Below are positions 49,522-59,478 of a DNA stretch of 64,000 bases, in pieces. Position 1 is the stretch's first letter, and each line of letters starts with the position of its first letter. The position numbers and the translations under genes are program-made. The notes below the pieces were generated by a model. That model saw only the letters and a program-made list of their open reading frames with translations. It was not told where the DNA came from and ran no database searches. The DNA is from an uncultured delta proteobacterium (lineage in GTDB: Bacteria; Desulfobacterota; Binatia; UBA9968): positions 1-64,000 of the forward strand of contig CAVTUQ010000031.1 in the NCBI GenBank assembly GCA_963737905.1, given 5' to 3'.

Positions 49522-50568
49522 ATGAAGGATACTAATTTCATCATCTTGGCTCTTTTGCTGTTGTCGTCAGAGGCATGGGCGCAAGCGCAGAAGCCAGCGT
49601 CGATCGCGGAGCTTGCGAGCTACCGTGGGGCCGATCGCGAACAGGTTCTTTATGCTGGGGCAAAGACCGAAGGTAAAATAATCTGGTACACGTCTCTGGC
49701 CGGCGACTCGTACAAAGAAATGGTCAAAGCGTTCGAAGCCAGGTATCCAGGGATCAAGGTTGAATCGTTTCGGGCCCCAGGAGCTGATTTGGTTGTCCGG
49801 CTGGAAGAAGAGGCCAAAGCAGGGCGTAATATCGCGGACACCATTGAGACAACTGAGGGGAGCCTTATATTTCTGCGCGACGAGAAACTGCTTCGTCCCT
49901 ATGATTCGCTGTACCTGGACAAATATCCGGAAGACGGAAAGGAGCGAGCCAGTAAGAACCTCGTTTATTGGGCCCTAGCCAGAGAATCTTATATTGGTTT
50001 GACTTACAACACGACGCTTGTACCCAAAGACGCGGTCCCGAAGAATTTCGACGGTCTTTTTCATCCGCAACTCAAGGGGAAAATGGGCATCAGCATCGGC
50101 CAGACAAGTGACAAAATCATCGGCGCCATGATTAAAACCAAAGGGGAAGAGACGGTTAAAAAGCTCAAAGGGCAGGAGATAAAGCTTTATTCGATCGAGG
50201 CCCCGGCGCTCGTCAACAACATCGCCGCAGGGGAGATCGTCGCGTCTCCGGCGATATTTCAGACCCACACCTTGCTCGCGGCATCCAAGGGAGCGCCGGT
50301 GGAGTGGGTTCCTATGGATCTTGTGCCGACCAATGTGGGCAGCGCCGCCATCGCGGCCAATCCGCCCCATCCCCATGGGGCGTTGCTCATGGCAGATTTT
50401 CTTCTTAGTCCTGAGGGACAGGGGGTGCTGGAAAAATTTTACTACGGCAGCGGCACGAAAGAGTATGGATTCAAAAAGTGGCGTCCCGAACATGGTTTGA
50501 CGACAGACCAGTATGAGAAAGAACTGAATCGCTGGGACAAATTATTGCATTCGATTACTCGCAAGTAA
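49522..50568 (+). CDS. ABC extracellular solute-binding protein
   Basis: GAKTEG, PPHPHGALL..FLLSPEGQ. Confidence 0.85.
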   Translation: MKDTNFIILALLLLSSEAWAQAQKPASIAELASYRGADREQVLYAGAKTEGKIIWYTSLAGDSYKEMVKAFEARYPGIKVESFRAPGADLVVRLEEEAKAGRNIADTIETTEGSLIFLRDEKLLRPYDSLYLDKYPEDGKERASKNLVYWALARESYIGLTYNTTLVPKDAVPKNFDGLFHPQLKGKMGISIGQTSDKIIGAMIKTKGEETVKKLKGQEIKLYSIEAPALVNNIAAGEIVASPAIFQTHTLLAASKGAPVEWVPMDLVPTNVGSAAIAANPPHPHGALLMADFLLSPEGQGVLEKFYYGSGTKEYGFKKWRPEHGLTTDQYEKELNRWDKLLHSITRK

Positions 50569-50574
50569 AAGAAA

Positions 50575-50660
50575 TCATCGCAGAGTCACTAGAGTGCGCA
50601 GAGTGAAATGTCGGCATTCGCATTTTTCCATCTCGGCGTCCTCCGCTCGTCCGCGGTGAA
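50575..50660. repeat. palindromic intergenic repeat (degenerate)
   Basis: tcatcgcagag..cgcagag ... ctcggcgtcctccgc..cgcggtga. Confidence 0.6.
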
Positions 50661-50685
50661 TAACCCAGGACAAGGAGAGCCGCCA

Positions 50686-51768
50686 ATGAACAACCTACGT
50701 ATTATTGACGCCGACGGACATGTACAAGAACGGGATGCCAACTGGCAGGATCTCTTAGACCCGCCGTATCGAAACCAGGCGCCGGCGATGGTGGAATTCA
50801 ACGGCCGCAAGCATCTCTTGTTGGAAGGAAAGGTCTGGGCGAAGCCGAGCGGCATCGGCTGCGGCATCGGCACCGCGCCGATTACTCGCAGGCCACAGTC
50901 GACCACCGGTATGTTCGATCCGGTACAACGCATAAAAGACATGGATATGGAAGGCATCGACACGGCGGTCAACTTTGGAACCACGGTGTTCCTGAGTCTG
51001 CCATTTCTAGAGAATCATGACCTCGCTTGCGCCATCGCGCGAGGGTACAACACGTGGCTCGCGGGTTATTGCCGGACCGATCCCAGGCGGTTGAAGGGGG
51101 TTGCCTTGGTCGCGATGCAAGAGCCGGCAGAAGCGGTCAAAGAGCTGACGCGTTGCGTGAAAGAGTTGGGGTTTGTCGGCGTCGCCGTCGCTGGACACTC
51201 CGCCGGGAGAAATCTCGATCATCCTGACTTTTATCCGTTCTATGCGAAAGCCGAGGAGCTCGGCGTACCGGTCTGTGTCCATGTCGGCTCGGGCCGCCCG
51301 GCTGCGGCGGCGGAACGATTCGACAATCCGTTTTTCGTTCACGCCACGACACACGCATTCGAACAAATGATCGGCGTCATGTGCATCGTCGGAGGCGGTA
51401 TTCTCGAACGGTATCCAAAGTTGAAAGTGGTGTTTTTGGAAGCCGGCGCGGGTTGGGTACCCTATTGGATGGAGCGGTTGGATGAGCATTATGAATACAT
51501 GGCGCCCGCCGTCCCGCTGATGAAAAAACCCTTTAGCGATTATATGCGCAGCGAACAGGTTTACTATTCGTTTGAGCCGGACGAACACACGTTGAACTTT
51601 GTCATGGATTACGTCGGCGAAGATCGTTTGGTATTCGCATCGGACTACAATCACGGCGACAGCAAATTTCCGCACACCGTCGAAGCTGTGACCGGCCGCA
51701 AGAATTTGAGCGAGAGTCAGATGCATAAATTAATGGGGGACAACGCCGCGCGGCTGTACAATCTTTGA
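50686..51768 (+). CDS. amidohydrolase-2 family protein
   Basis: IIDADGH, GYNTW, CVH, LEAGAGW, SDYNHGD. Confidence 0.9.
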   Translation: MNNLRIIDADGHVQERDANWQDLLDPPYRNQAPAMVEFNGRKHLLLEGKVWAKPSGIGCGIGTAPITRRPQSTTGMFDPVQRIKDMDMEGIDTAVNFGTTVFLSLPFLENHDLACAIARGYNTWLAGYCRTDPRRLKGVALVAMQEPAEAVKELTRCVKELGFVGVAVAGHSAGRNLDHPDFYPFYAKAEELGVPVCVHVGSGRPAAAAERFDNPFFVHATTHAFEQMIGVMCIVGGGILERYPKLKVVFLEAGAGWVPYWMERLDEHYEYMAPAVPLMKKPFSDYMRSEQVYYSFEPDEHTLNFVMDYVGEDRLVFASDYNHGDSKFPHTVEAVTGRKNLSESQMHKLMGDNAARLYNL

Positions 51769-51771
51769 GGT

Positions 51772-51810
51772 CGTTCAAGTCGTTCAAACCGTTCCAATCG
51801 TTCAAGCCGT
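51772..51810 (+). repeat. 9-mer tandem repeat (cgttcaann) x4
   Basis: cgttcaagt cgttcaaac cgttccaat cgttcaagc. Confidence 0.75.
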
Positions 51811-51838
51811 AGGTCATGAATCACAGGTCGGAGGTCGG

Positions 51839-52837
51839 ATGAACAAAAAGATTCTCTGTCTGGTGCTGTCTTCGTTGTTTATAGGTTGGCACGCGGGCTA
51901 TGCTCAAAACAAGCCGTTTAAGAAAATCATCTGGGGAGTCACTTCGCTTTCAGCGTCGCAGTGGATCCCCTGGATCGCCAAGGACGCCAAGATCTATGAG
52001 AAGTATGGGCTCGACACCGAGCTTGTCCTGCTGCGCGGCTCGGGACAATCCGCCCAGGCGATTATCGCCAATAGCATTCTCGCCGCGCCTTGCACCTTGA
52101 CCACCGTGATGGGCGCGGACTTGAGCGGAGCTGATCTCGTGACTGTGGCCCATACGGTTCCAGGGGTGCAAAGCAAGTTGCTGGTTAAACCGGAGATCAA
52201 ACGGCCGCAAGATCTGAAAGGCAAAAAACTAGCCGTCTCCGGCTTCGGGTCTCTGGGGGATTTTCTCGAACGTTACATTTTAAAGAAATATGGGCTGGAG
52301 CCTGGCCGAGACGTCATCATGCTTTCCATTGGGAACCAACCGGAAAGAATCCAGGCTCTGGAAACGGGAGCTGTCGATGCCGCGGACCTTTCCTTTCCCG
52401 TCGACGTGCAGGCGACGCGCAAAGGATTCAAAGTTTTGTGGGATGCTAAAAAGGAAGTCTCGTATCCGTCCATGTCGGTGGTGCTGCGGCGCAAATCCAT
52501 TATCGACGATCGCGACACCGTCATGCGCATGGTCAAGGCCCACGTGGAAGCCATTCAATTTCTAAAAGCGAACAAGGAAGCCAGCACCAAAATTTTGGGG
52601 AAGTATTTAAAAACGAGCGACCGCGAGCTGCTCGACGGGGCATATGAAATTTATCGTGACGACTTTATCTCAGTTCCGTACCCGATTACGCAGGGATTAC
52701 AGCCGACCTACGACTACGTCGCGCTCCAGCGGCCTGACATATGGAATCACAAACCCGAAGAGTTCATGGACCCGAGTTTCATCGCGGAGCTGGACAAGAC
52801 CGGCTTTATCAAACGGCTCTCCGAGGGCCAGCGTTAG
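51839..52837 (+). CDS. ABC substrate-binding protein (SsuA/NMT1-like)
   Basis: KYGLDTELV, DLKGKKLAV, ELDKTGFI. Confidence 0.88.
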   Translation: MNKKILCLVLSSLFIGWHAGYAQNKPFKKIIWGVTSLSASQWIPWIAKDAKIYEKYGLDTELVLLRGSGQSAQAIIANSILAAPCTLTTVMGADLSGADLVTVAHTVPGVQSKLLVKPEIKRPQDLKGKKLAVSGFGSLGDFLERYILKKYGLEPGRDVIMLSIGNQPERIQALETGAVDAADLSFPVDVQATRKGFKVLWDAKKEVSYPSMSVVLRRKSIIDDRDTVMRMVKAHVEAIQFLKANKEASTKILGKYLKTSDRELLDGAYEIYRDDFISVPYPITQGLQPTYDYVALQRPDIWNHKPEEFMDPSFIAELDKTGFIKRLSEGQR

Positions 52838-52922
52838 CCGACGGCCCCGAGAAATAGCGGGCGGCGACCGTGGAATTTTTTCGCGGCGTAGGTTAGTTCT
52901 AAGGTGAAAGGAGGTTGTTAAG

Positions 52923-54005
52923 ATGCGCATTATTGACGCAGATACCCATATCGATGAGACCGAAGACACTTGGGAATACATGGAAGAATCTGATTTGCAG
53001 TTTAAACCGACTACGGCCTATCCTTCCAACCGCAATCCGAATATGTTGCCGACGCGTTACTGGGTGATCGATGGCAAACGCCAGCTACGTTTTATTCGCG
53101 GCGACGACGAGTCGGGTACGGTTGTAGAATCAAGGGAACTATTGGATGTGCAGGTTCGGCTCAAACATATGGACGAGTTGGGAACCGATATCCAAGTCAT
53201 CTATCCAACCCTTTTCCTGATGGAGGCCACCGAGCGCCCGGAAGTCTCAATCGCCCTGCGTCGGAGCTACAACCGTTGGCTGGCTGACCGCTGTGGCCAA
53301 TCCAATGGGCGGTTGCGCTGGATCTGTCTTCCCCCTTTGCAGCACATGGATGAAACGCTCAAAGAATTGCGCTTTGCCAAGGAGCACGGCGCTTGTGGCG
53401 TTCTCAAGAAAGGAGATCGTGAGGCCGGAAAATGGCCGGCGGATCCCTATTTCTTCCCTTTCTATGAGGAAGCAGAACGGCTTGACTTGCCCGTCTGTTT
53501 TCATACAGGTTCAGGAATCCCCGATTTCTCGCCGGCACGGGAATTTACTCTCGGGCAGTTCATGCGGACTAAGGCGGCGGCCGTCAACGGCATCGAGACG
53601 ATACTCGTGAATAACATTCCAGCAAAGTACCCAAGGCTCCGTTTCGGCTGCATTGAGGCAGGCGCGTCGTGGGTGTCGTTCGTTGACTATGATCTGCGTA
53701 GACGTGTGCAATCGCGGAGCAACCGTATCAGCATACTTGGCGGCCCAAATACTATCCTCGCGAGCAATTTGTTCAAGGACAACCGTGTCTTCATCACCTG
53801 TCAGGTCGATGAGGACCTTCCTTATATTCTGAAATATGTCGGCGAGGACAACCTGATCGTTGGCTCCGACTACACGCACCGTGACCCGTCCATGCAACTC
53901 GAATTTCGGGAGTTGTTGCAGCAGCGGGCAGATGAAGGAGAGATCCCACAATCCGTGGTGCAGAAGATTCTTTATGACAATCCAAAAGCGTTTTACGGTC
54001 TGTAG
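52923..54005 (+). CDS. amidohydrolase-2 family protein
   Basis: IIDADTH, SYNRW, CFH, IEAGASW, SDYTHRD. Confidence 0.9.
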   Translation: MRIIDADTHIDETEDTWEYMEESDLQFKPTTAYPSNRNPNMLPTRYWVIDGKRQLRFIRGDDESGTVVESRELLDVQVRLKHMDELGTDIQVIYPTLFLMEATERPEVSIALRRSYNRWLADRCGQSNGRLRWICLPPLQHMDETLKELRFAKEHGACGVLKKGDREAGKWPADPYFFPFYEEAERLDLPVCFHTGSGIPDFSPAREFTLGQFMRTKAAAVNGIETILVNNIPAKYPRLRFGCIEAGASWVSFVDYDLRRRVQSRSNRISILGGPNTILASNLFKDNRVFITCQVDEDLPYILKYVGEDNLIVGSDYTHRDPSMQLEFRELLQQRADEGEIPQSVVQKILYDNPKAFYGL

Positions 54006-54017
54006 TCCGAAAGAAAT

Positions 54018-54143
54018 TTCACCACGAAGGCCAAGCTGCCCTCAGAACGCAGGGACGGAAATACATCCCGCAAAGACGCAAAGGCCGCAAAGAAATATAG
54101 GGCGGGTTTCCGAACTTCGTGTCCTTCGCTATCTTTGTGGCGA
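54018..54143. repeat. palindromic intergenic repeat
   Basis: caccacgaag..cgcaaagacgcaaaggccgcaaag ... cttcgtgtccttcg..ctttgtggcg. Confidence 0.6.
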
Positions 54144-54271
54144 GCAAATTCTCGTTGATCTTGCGGCTAAGAAAGCCGGATTGCCAAAAGCCAAGTGGAA
54201 AACCATTCTGCTCATTGCACTGCGGTGCAATCTCTTACGGTGGCGGCGTTGCAAACCCGCTCTTATCGTTC

Positions 54272-55252
54272 TTAAACATTCACTCGTTCCATGTCGCGAG
54301 TGCGCGGGCCGGCGGCCGCGCCGGGTTTGAAAAGCTTGTCGAGCCGGGCGAGATCGTCTTGGGTCAGTTTGATGTCGATGGCCTTTAAGTTTTCTTCCAG
54401 GTGACGGCGGCTTTTGTTGCTGGGAATCGGGATGATGTCCTTACCCTGGGCTATCAGCCATGCCAATGCCAGTTGCGCCGGCGTTGCTGATTTCTCTGTA
54501 GCTATCCTTTCGAACTCGTCGAGCAATTTCAGGTTGTGCTCGAGGTTGCCGGGCTGAAAGCGCGGGTGGTGGCTGCGGCCATCGCTTTCGGCAAGGTCCT
54601 TGGGATTGTGCACTGCGCCGGCAAAAAAGCCGCGGCCCAACGGGGAATAGGCCATGAAGCCCATGCCGAATTCGCGGCAAGCTTGAATATTGCCGCCCTC
54701 GGGATCGCGAGACCAAAGTGAATATTCCATCTGCAAGGAGACGATGGGATGCACTTTCCGCGCTCGCCGGATGGAGTTTGCGCTGGCTTCCGATAAGCCG
54801 ATATAACGGGTCTTTCCCTGTTCCACGAGGCGCGCCATGGCGCCGACGGACTCTTCTACCGGTACTTTAGGATCGACCCGCGACATGCAGAATATGTCGA
54901 GGGAGTCGATGCCGAGCCGCTTCACGCTTTGCTCGCAATTCTGCGTGAGATATTCGGGCGAGCTGCCGCTGCGATTCCCGCTGGCATCGGGGGCGCGCGG
55001 GCTGCCGGACTTGGAATGAATAACGATCCGTTCGCGCCTGCCCTTGAGAGCCTTGGCGATCAGTTCGTGGTTGTGGCCGCTGCCGTAACTGGCCGACGTG
55101 TCCAGGAAATTGATTCCCAGATCAAAAGCCCGGTGCAAGGTAGCGATGGACTCGGCATCATCGGCGGGCCCGTAAGCCCCTGACATGCTCATGCAGCCGA
55201 CCCCCATGGGTGAAACTTTGAATTCCGTGGTTCCAAATTGGCGGTACTCCAT
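54272..55252 (-). CDS. aldo/keto reductase
   Basis: GVGCMSMS, DTSASYG, IGLSE, YSPLGRG, PAQLALAW. Confidence 0.92.
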   Translation of the reverse strand: MEYRQFGTTEFKVSPMGVGCMSMSGAYGPADDAESIATLHRAFDLGINFLDTSASYGSGHNHELIAKALKGRRERIVIHSKSGSPRAPDASGNRSGSSPEYLTQNCEQSVKRLGIDSLDIFCMSRVDPKVPVEESVGAMARLVEQGKTRYIGLSEASANSIRRARKVHPIVSLQMEYSLWSRDPEGGNIQACREFGMGFMAYSPLGRGFFAGAVHNPKDLAESDGRSHHPRFQPGNLEHNLKLLDEFERIATEKSATPAQLALAWLIAQGKDIIPIPSNKSRRHLEENLKAIDIKLTQDDLARLDKLFKPGAAAGPRTRDMERVNV

Positions 55253-55361
55253 TGCGTGCCCTCCATTGTTTTCGGGCCCACAGTTATCGCAAATGGAATA
55301 ACCAAGTCAAATCTTTTGGCTCCAATCCGAAATTCGCTTGATTTTCAACGCCAAAACGCCT

Positions 55362-55391
55362 TTGACACAAGCATCCGCACCGATTTATAGT
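55362..55391 (+). promoter_or_regulatory. sigma70 promoter of selenoprotein operon
   Basis: TTGACA-18-TATAGT. Confidence 0.55.
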
Positions 55392-55429
55392 CGGTGTTGT
55401 CTTCTTATAACTGAGGAGGAACACTAATC

Positions 55430-55972
55430 ATGATTGTTTTGAGTCCCGAAGGGAAAGCCAAAACTTCTGCAACCCGTGTCGCCGCGCTGCCGAGGTTCGC
55501 AGATCTGAATGGGAAAGTCGTCGGGCTGCTGGACAACAGCAAGCCCAATGCAGACAAACTCGGGGAGCGATTCGCTCAACTGTTAAGAGAGCGATTGGAT
55601 GTCGGAAAGGTTGTCACGCGGCGCAAGATCAGCGCGCAGCAGGGTGCCCCCAAGGAGTATTTAGACGAGCTCGCGTCCCAGGCTGATTTTATTCTCAGTG
55701 GCCTTGGCGATTGAGGGTCCTGCACGTCGTGGAGTATCCACGACTCGATAGAGCTACAAAAGCGCGGCAGGTTTGCCGTGACGTTAATTACCCACGCTTT
55801 CGATGCTTTGGCCAAATCAGAGAAAGAGGCATTTGGCGCGCCGGATCATCCAGTGCTGGTCGTCCAGCACCCTATCGGCACGGTGAAGGTGGAAGAAGTC
55901 AACAAACGCGCCGATGCTGCTTTCGATCATCTGGTGGAACTCTTGGTCGAGCAAAAGACAGGTAAAGATTAG
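55430..55972 (+). CDS. UGSC-family selenoprotein (in-frame UGA at 55712-55714)
   Basis: ORFs 55430-55714 and 55778-55972 share a frame: ..GLGD-U-GSCTSWSIHD..; hairpin immediately 3' of the UGA. Confidence 0.85.
55726..55744 (+). promoter_or_regulatory. putative bacterial SECIS hairpin
   Basis: GTCGTGGA-GTA-TCCACGAC, perfect 8-bp stem starting 11 nt after the UGA, G in loop. Confidence 0.7.
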
Positions 55973-55981
55973 GTGCAAGTA

Positions 55982-56061
55982 CAGGTGTCAGGTTTCGGGT
56001 TTCAGGCGTCGCAGTAAAGTTTTGAAGTTGAACTGAAACCTGACACCCGACACCTGAAACC
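55982..56061. repeat. inverted heptamer-repeat hairpin
   Basis: (caggtgt caggttt cgggttt) ... (ctgaaac ctgacac ccgacac ctgaaac). Confidence 0.75.
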
Positions 56062-56083
56062 TCGAAGATTGAACGAGAGCAAC

Positions 56084-57136
56084 ATGGACGCAAGTGCAAT
56101 GCAATCTGACCGAATCGAAGTTGCCGACGATCTTTGGGCCGTAAATGCCTTCTTCGAAGAGAAGGGTTGGACGGACGGCTTGCCGATCATTCCTCCCACG
56201 GAAGAGCGGGTGGGGCAGATGATCGCGACGGGGAAACGCAATCCGCAGGACGTGATCGGGGTTGTGCCGCCTCGCTGGGCGCCGGCGACTGTAGAAAAGA
56301 TCGCTATCAACGCGGTAATGGCGGGCTGCTTGCCGGAATATATGCCCGTCCTTATCGCGGCGGCGGAGGCTTTGACCGATCCCAAGCTGAATCTATACGC
56401 GCTGCAAGCGACCACGGGCGGACCGGCGATCATGTTGATCGTAAACGGTCCGATCAGAAAACAAATCAATATCAATGGTGGTTCCAATGTTCTCGGGGAA
56501 GGCTGGCGCGCCAACGCGACCATCGGCCGTTGCATTCGTCTCATTCAACGGAATATCGGCGGTTCCTATCCCGGAACCACATGCAAGGCAACACTAGGCT
56601 GGCCAGGTAAATACAGTCTCTGCGTTGCGGAAAACGAAGAGGCAAGTCCGTGGGCGCCGCTCCACGTCGAGCGCGGATTCGCCGCAGGCACGAGCACGGT
56701 GACGGCTATCAGCGCGGATAGCTCGGTGCGCGCGTCGGATCTCGACAGCACCAAGGGTGAAGGGATACTCAGCAATTTCGCCCGCCGGATGGACGGACCG
56801 TCGGGACCGGAAGCGATCATGGTGATCTGCCCGGAGCATGCGAAGATTATCGCCGGTGACGGTTTTAGCAAGGCCGATGTGAAGAAGTTTGTTTGGGAGC
56901 GGGCGGGCCATCGCATGAGTGAAGTGCCGGAGGAGACGTTCAACCAGAGGGTAAAGCGCCGGCCGGATTTGAAGTTGACTCGCGACAGCGTGATTCCAGT
57001 TACCGATACGCCGGAAGATATTATCGTCGTGGTAGCTGGCGGTGACGGCTCCCAGTCGCAGTATATCCACGTCTGGGGGCAGAGCACGCCGGAAGGCGGT
57101 TCGACGCGGTCGGTGACGAAGGCGATACAGCTTTAG
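56084..57136 (+). CDS. conserved hypothetical protein (GWTDGLPIIPPT family) associated with UGSC
   Basis: GWTDGLPIIPPT, ATVEKIAINAVMAGC, RANATIGR, CPEHA, VVAGG. Confidence 0.8.
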   Translation: MDASAMQSDRIEVADDLWAVNAFFEEKGWTDGLPIIPPTEERVGQMIATGKRNPQDVIGVVPPRWAPATVEKIAINAVMAGCLPEYMPVLIAAAEALTDPKLNLYALQATTGGPAIMLIVNGPIRKQININGGSNVLGEGWRANATIGRCIRLIQRNIGGSYPGTTCKATLGWPGKYSLCVAENEEASPWAPLHVERGFAAGTSTVTAISADSSVRASDLDSTKGEGILSNFARRMDGPSGPEAIMVICPEHAKIIAGDGFSKADVKKFVWERAGHRMSEVPEETFNQRVKRRPDLKLTRDSVIPVTDTPEDIIVVVAGGDGSQSQYIHVWGQSTPEGGSTRSVTKAIQL

Positions 57137-57215
57137 CTGAAGGTCTCGAGTTTCGGGTTTCGAGTCTCGGGTTGAAGAACCGCTTGCGCGGATATGGTTC
57201 GGATCCAGAAGAGAA

Positions 57216-57303
57216 TTCACCGCGGAGCCGCTGATGGCGCAGAGTAAAGAGTTCTTGATCAAGAAATAGTCCGATCTCTTGAACTCTGCGTCTCTGCGGT
57301 GAA
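57216..57303. repeat. palindromic intergenic repeat copy 3
   Basis: Shares gagtaaagagttcttgat..ccgatctct..ctctgcggtgaa with 3920-4044. Confidence 0.8.
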
Positions 57304-57369
57304 GATCGATTCCGGTTTCGGTATTCCGATTCCGCATTTTGTTTCTGAAGACGATAAGAGGGGAGATTC

Positions 57370-58368
57370 ATGTTGATAGCGAAGCGATTTGCGATTCTTT
57401 TCGTTTTTATTATAGCGGCTTCCGCTAGCCCAGCGCAGGCCCAAAGCCTGCCGAAAGTCCGCGCCGCCTATACGTCCATAGGCATTCAATTTGATCCGGT
57501 CTACATCATGAAGGAACTCAACCTGCCGCGTAAATATGGTCTCGATGTCGAGATGCTTTTTGTCCCGGTGAGCTCGCGGGCCGTGCAAGCGGCCTTGGCG
57601 GGCGAGTTGCAGTTTATTACAAGTGGCGGCGTGGCCAATATCAACGCGAATGTGACGGGCGCCGATTTCACCGGGCTGACGGCGACGCTCAATACGTTCG
57701 TGTTCAAGATCATTGCGAACCCGGAGCTCAAAAAGCCTGAGGATTTGAAAGGAAAGAAGATCGGGATTTCTCGGCTGGGCGGTGCCAGCGATTTTTCCAT
57801 CCGCTATGCGCTGACTCACTGGGGCCTGGTTCCTGATAAAGACGTGGCCCTTATCCAGGTAGGCGGTGAGCCCGAAGAGGTTCTGGCGCTGCAAAACAAG
57901 GCCGTGGACGCGGTGATTCTATCGGAGCCGTTTGCCACCGTTGCGAGGCGGGCGGGCGCCGTTGTGCTTGCTGACCTAAGTCAGCTCGGTGCGCCTTACA
58001 CGATGCATGGCATCGGAGTGCGAAAGAGTTATATTAAGGCCAATCGGGACGTCGTCGTTCGTTTCATGAAAGCCTATCTCGAGGGCATCTATGTCTTCAA
58101 AACGAACAAAGAAGTTGCGCTGAACGTCCTGAAAAAATATACGCGGCTCGACGATCTCTCGCTGGTGCAAGTGTCTTACGACGAGATGTCCCAGAGATTG
58201 ATCCGTAGAGTTCCTTACCCGGAGCCCGAAGGCATTCAAACCATCATCGATCAACTCGCCAAGACCCGCCCGCAGATGAAAAATCTCAATCCCAACGACT
58301 TCATCGATCCGACGATTTTGAAGGAGATCGAAGACAGCGGTTTCGTCAAGAAGCTATATGGAAATTGA
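57370..58368 (+). CDS. ABC substrate-binding protein (SsuA/NMT1-like)
   Basis: KYGLDVE, EDLKGKKIGISRLG, EDSGFV. Confidence 0.88.
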   Translation: MLIAKRFAILFVFIIAASASPAQAQSLPKVRAAYTSIGIQFDPVYIMKELNLPRKYGLDVEMLFVPVSSRAVQAALAGELQFITSGGVANINANVTGADFTGLTATLNTFVFKIIANPELKKPEDLKGKKIGISRLGGASDFSIRYALTHWGLVPDKDVALIQVGGEPEEVLALQNKAVDAVILSEPFATVARRAGAVVLADLSQLGAPYTMHGIGVRKSYIKANRDVVVRFMKAYLEGIYVFKTNKEVALNVLKKYTRLDDLSLVQVSYDEMSQRLIRRVPYPEPEGIQTIIDQLAKTRPQMKNLNPNDFIDPTILKEIEDSGFVKKLYGN

Positions 58369-58386
58369 TTAACCAGGGGGTTTGCA

Positions 58387-59463
58387 ATGATCATTGACGC
58401 CGATGCTCACGTCGAAGAGTCGCAGGCGATGTTCGATCGCCTGGATAAAGAGTATTACAGCCGCCGGCCGCTGCCGGTCCGCTTCGATGGCGATACGATT
58501 TTCGGTAAGTACAACGCGGTGTGGCTTATAGAAGGGGAGACTTATCCCAAGCTGGTCGGTAAAGGCGGGACCATTTTCCGCACGCCTACTCTTATGGAAG
58601 CCGCGTCGTTGAAGCGGGAGAGTATTGACGCTCAGGAGATGACCGACATCGATGCGCGGCTCAGGGATATGGACAAGGTCAAGATCGACATACAGGTCGT
58701 CTTTCCCAGCCTTTTCTTGACGACTACCGCTGACGATTTACGCCTGGAAGCAGCCCTGCTGCGGGCCTACAATAGTTTTCTTGGGGAATGCAGCGCTGCA
58801 TCGAAAGGAAGAATTCGGTTTGGCGCGCTGGTGCCGATCCGGGATATCGATGCATCGATAAAAGAAATCAAGCGGGCGGCAAAAATCGGTGCGGCAGGGA
58901 TCATGTTGCACGGCATGGCATGGGACAAGCTCTTGGGTGACGAAAGCTTGTTCCCGTTCTATGAGGAGGCGGCCAATTTGAACCTACCCATTTGTGTCCA
59001 CCTCGGCTGGGGCTGTCCCGCCATGACCGATATCTTTGATGCCTCGACGAATTTTTACAGTGCCATACTGCCGGTCACCATGGGGTTTCACAGCATTCTA
59101 ACTTCGAATGCGTTCGAAAGAATTCCGAATCTCAGGTTTGGCTTCTTGGAAGCCGGCTGCGGCTGGGTGCCTTATGTCGCAAGACAAGTGAGAAGAGACA
59201 ACGCCCGGCGCAGGGAAGCCAAGGACCCGATCGAGTACTTTCAGGCCGGCCGCGTCTTCGTCACTTGCGAAGCGGACGAGGACATCAACGGTGTCGCCCA
59301 AGTGATTGGCGAGGATTCGTTTGTGCTTGGCTCAGACTACCCCCACGGCGATCCGTCGCGCCAGGAAGACATGGTGGCAGAGTTCCGAGAAAGAAAAGAT
59401 CTCTCGTCCCGCCTGGTCGAGAAAATGCTTTCCGATAATCCGAAAAGGCTCTACGGTCTATAA
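58387..59463 (+). CDS. amidohydrolase-2 family protein
   Basis: IIDADAH, AYN, CVH, LEAGCGW, SDYPHGD. Confidence 0.9.
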   Translation: MIIDADAHVEESQAMFDRLDKEYYSRRPLPVRFDGDTIFGKYNAVWLIEGETYPKLVGKGGTIFRTPTLMEAASLKRESIDAQEMTDIDARLRDMDKVKIDIQVVFPSLFLTTTADDLRLEAALLRAYNSFLGECSAASKGRIRFGALVPIRDIDASIKEIKRAAKIGAAGIMLHGMAWDKLLGDESLFPFYEEAANLNLPICVHLGWGCPAMTDIFDASTNFYSAILPVTMGFHSILTSNAFERIPNLRFGFLEAGCGWVPYVARQVRRDNARRREAKDPIEYFQAGRVFVTCEADEDINGVAQVIGEDSFVLGSDYPHGDPSRQEDMVAEFRERKDLSSRLVEKMLSDNPKRLYGL

Positions 59464-59478
59464 GGGGAAATTGGGGTC

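Noticed and set aside
51772-51810. Short tandem arrays as a possible CRISPR
   Set aside because: 7-9-nt units without unique spacers and no cas genes; the same applies to the other arrays in the window
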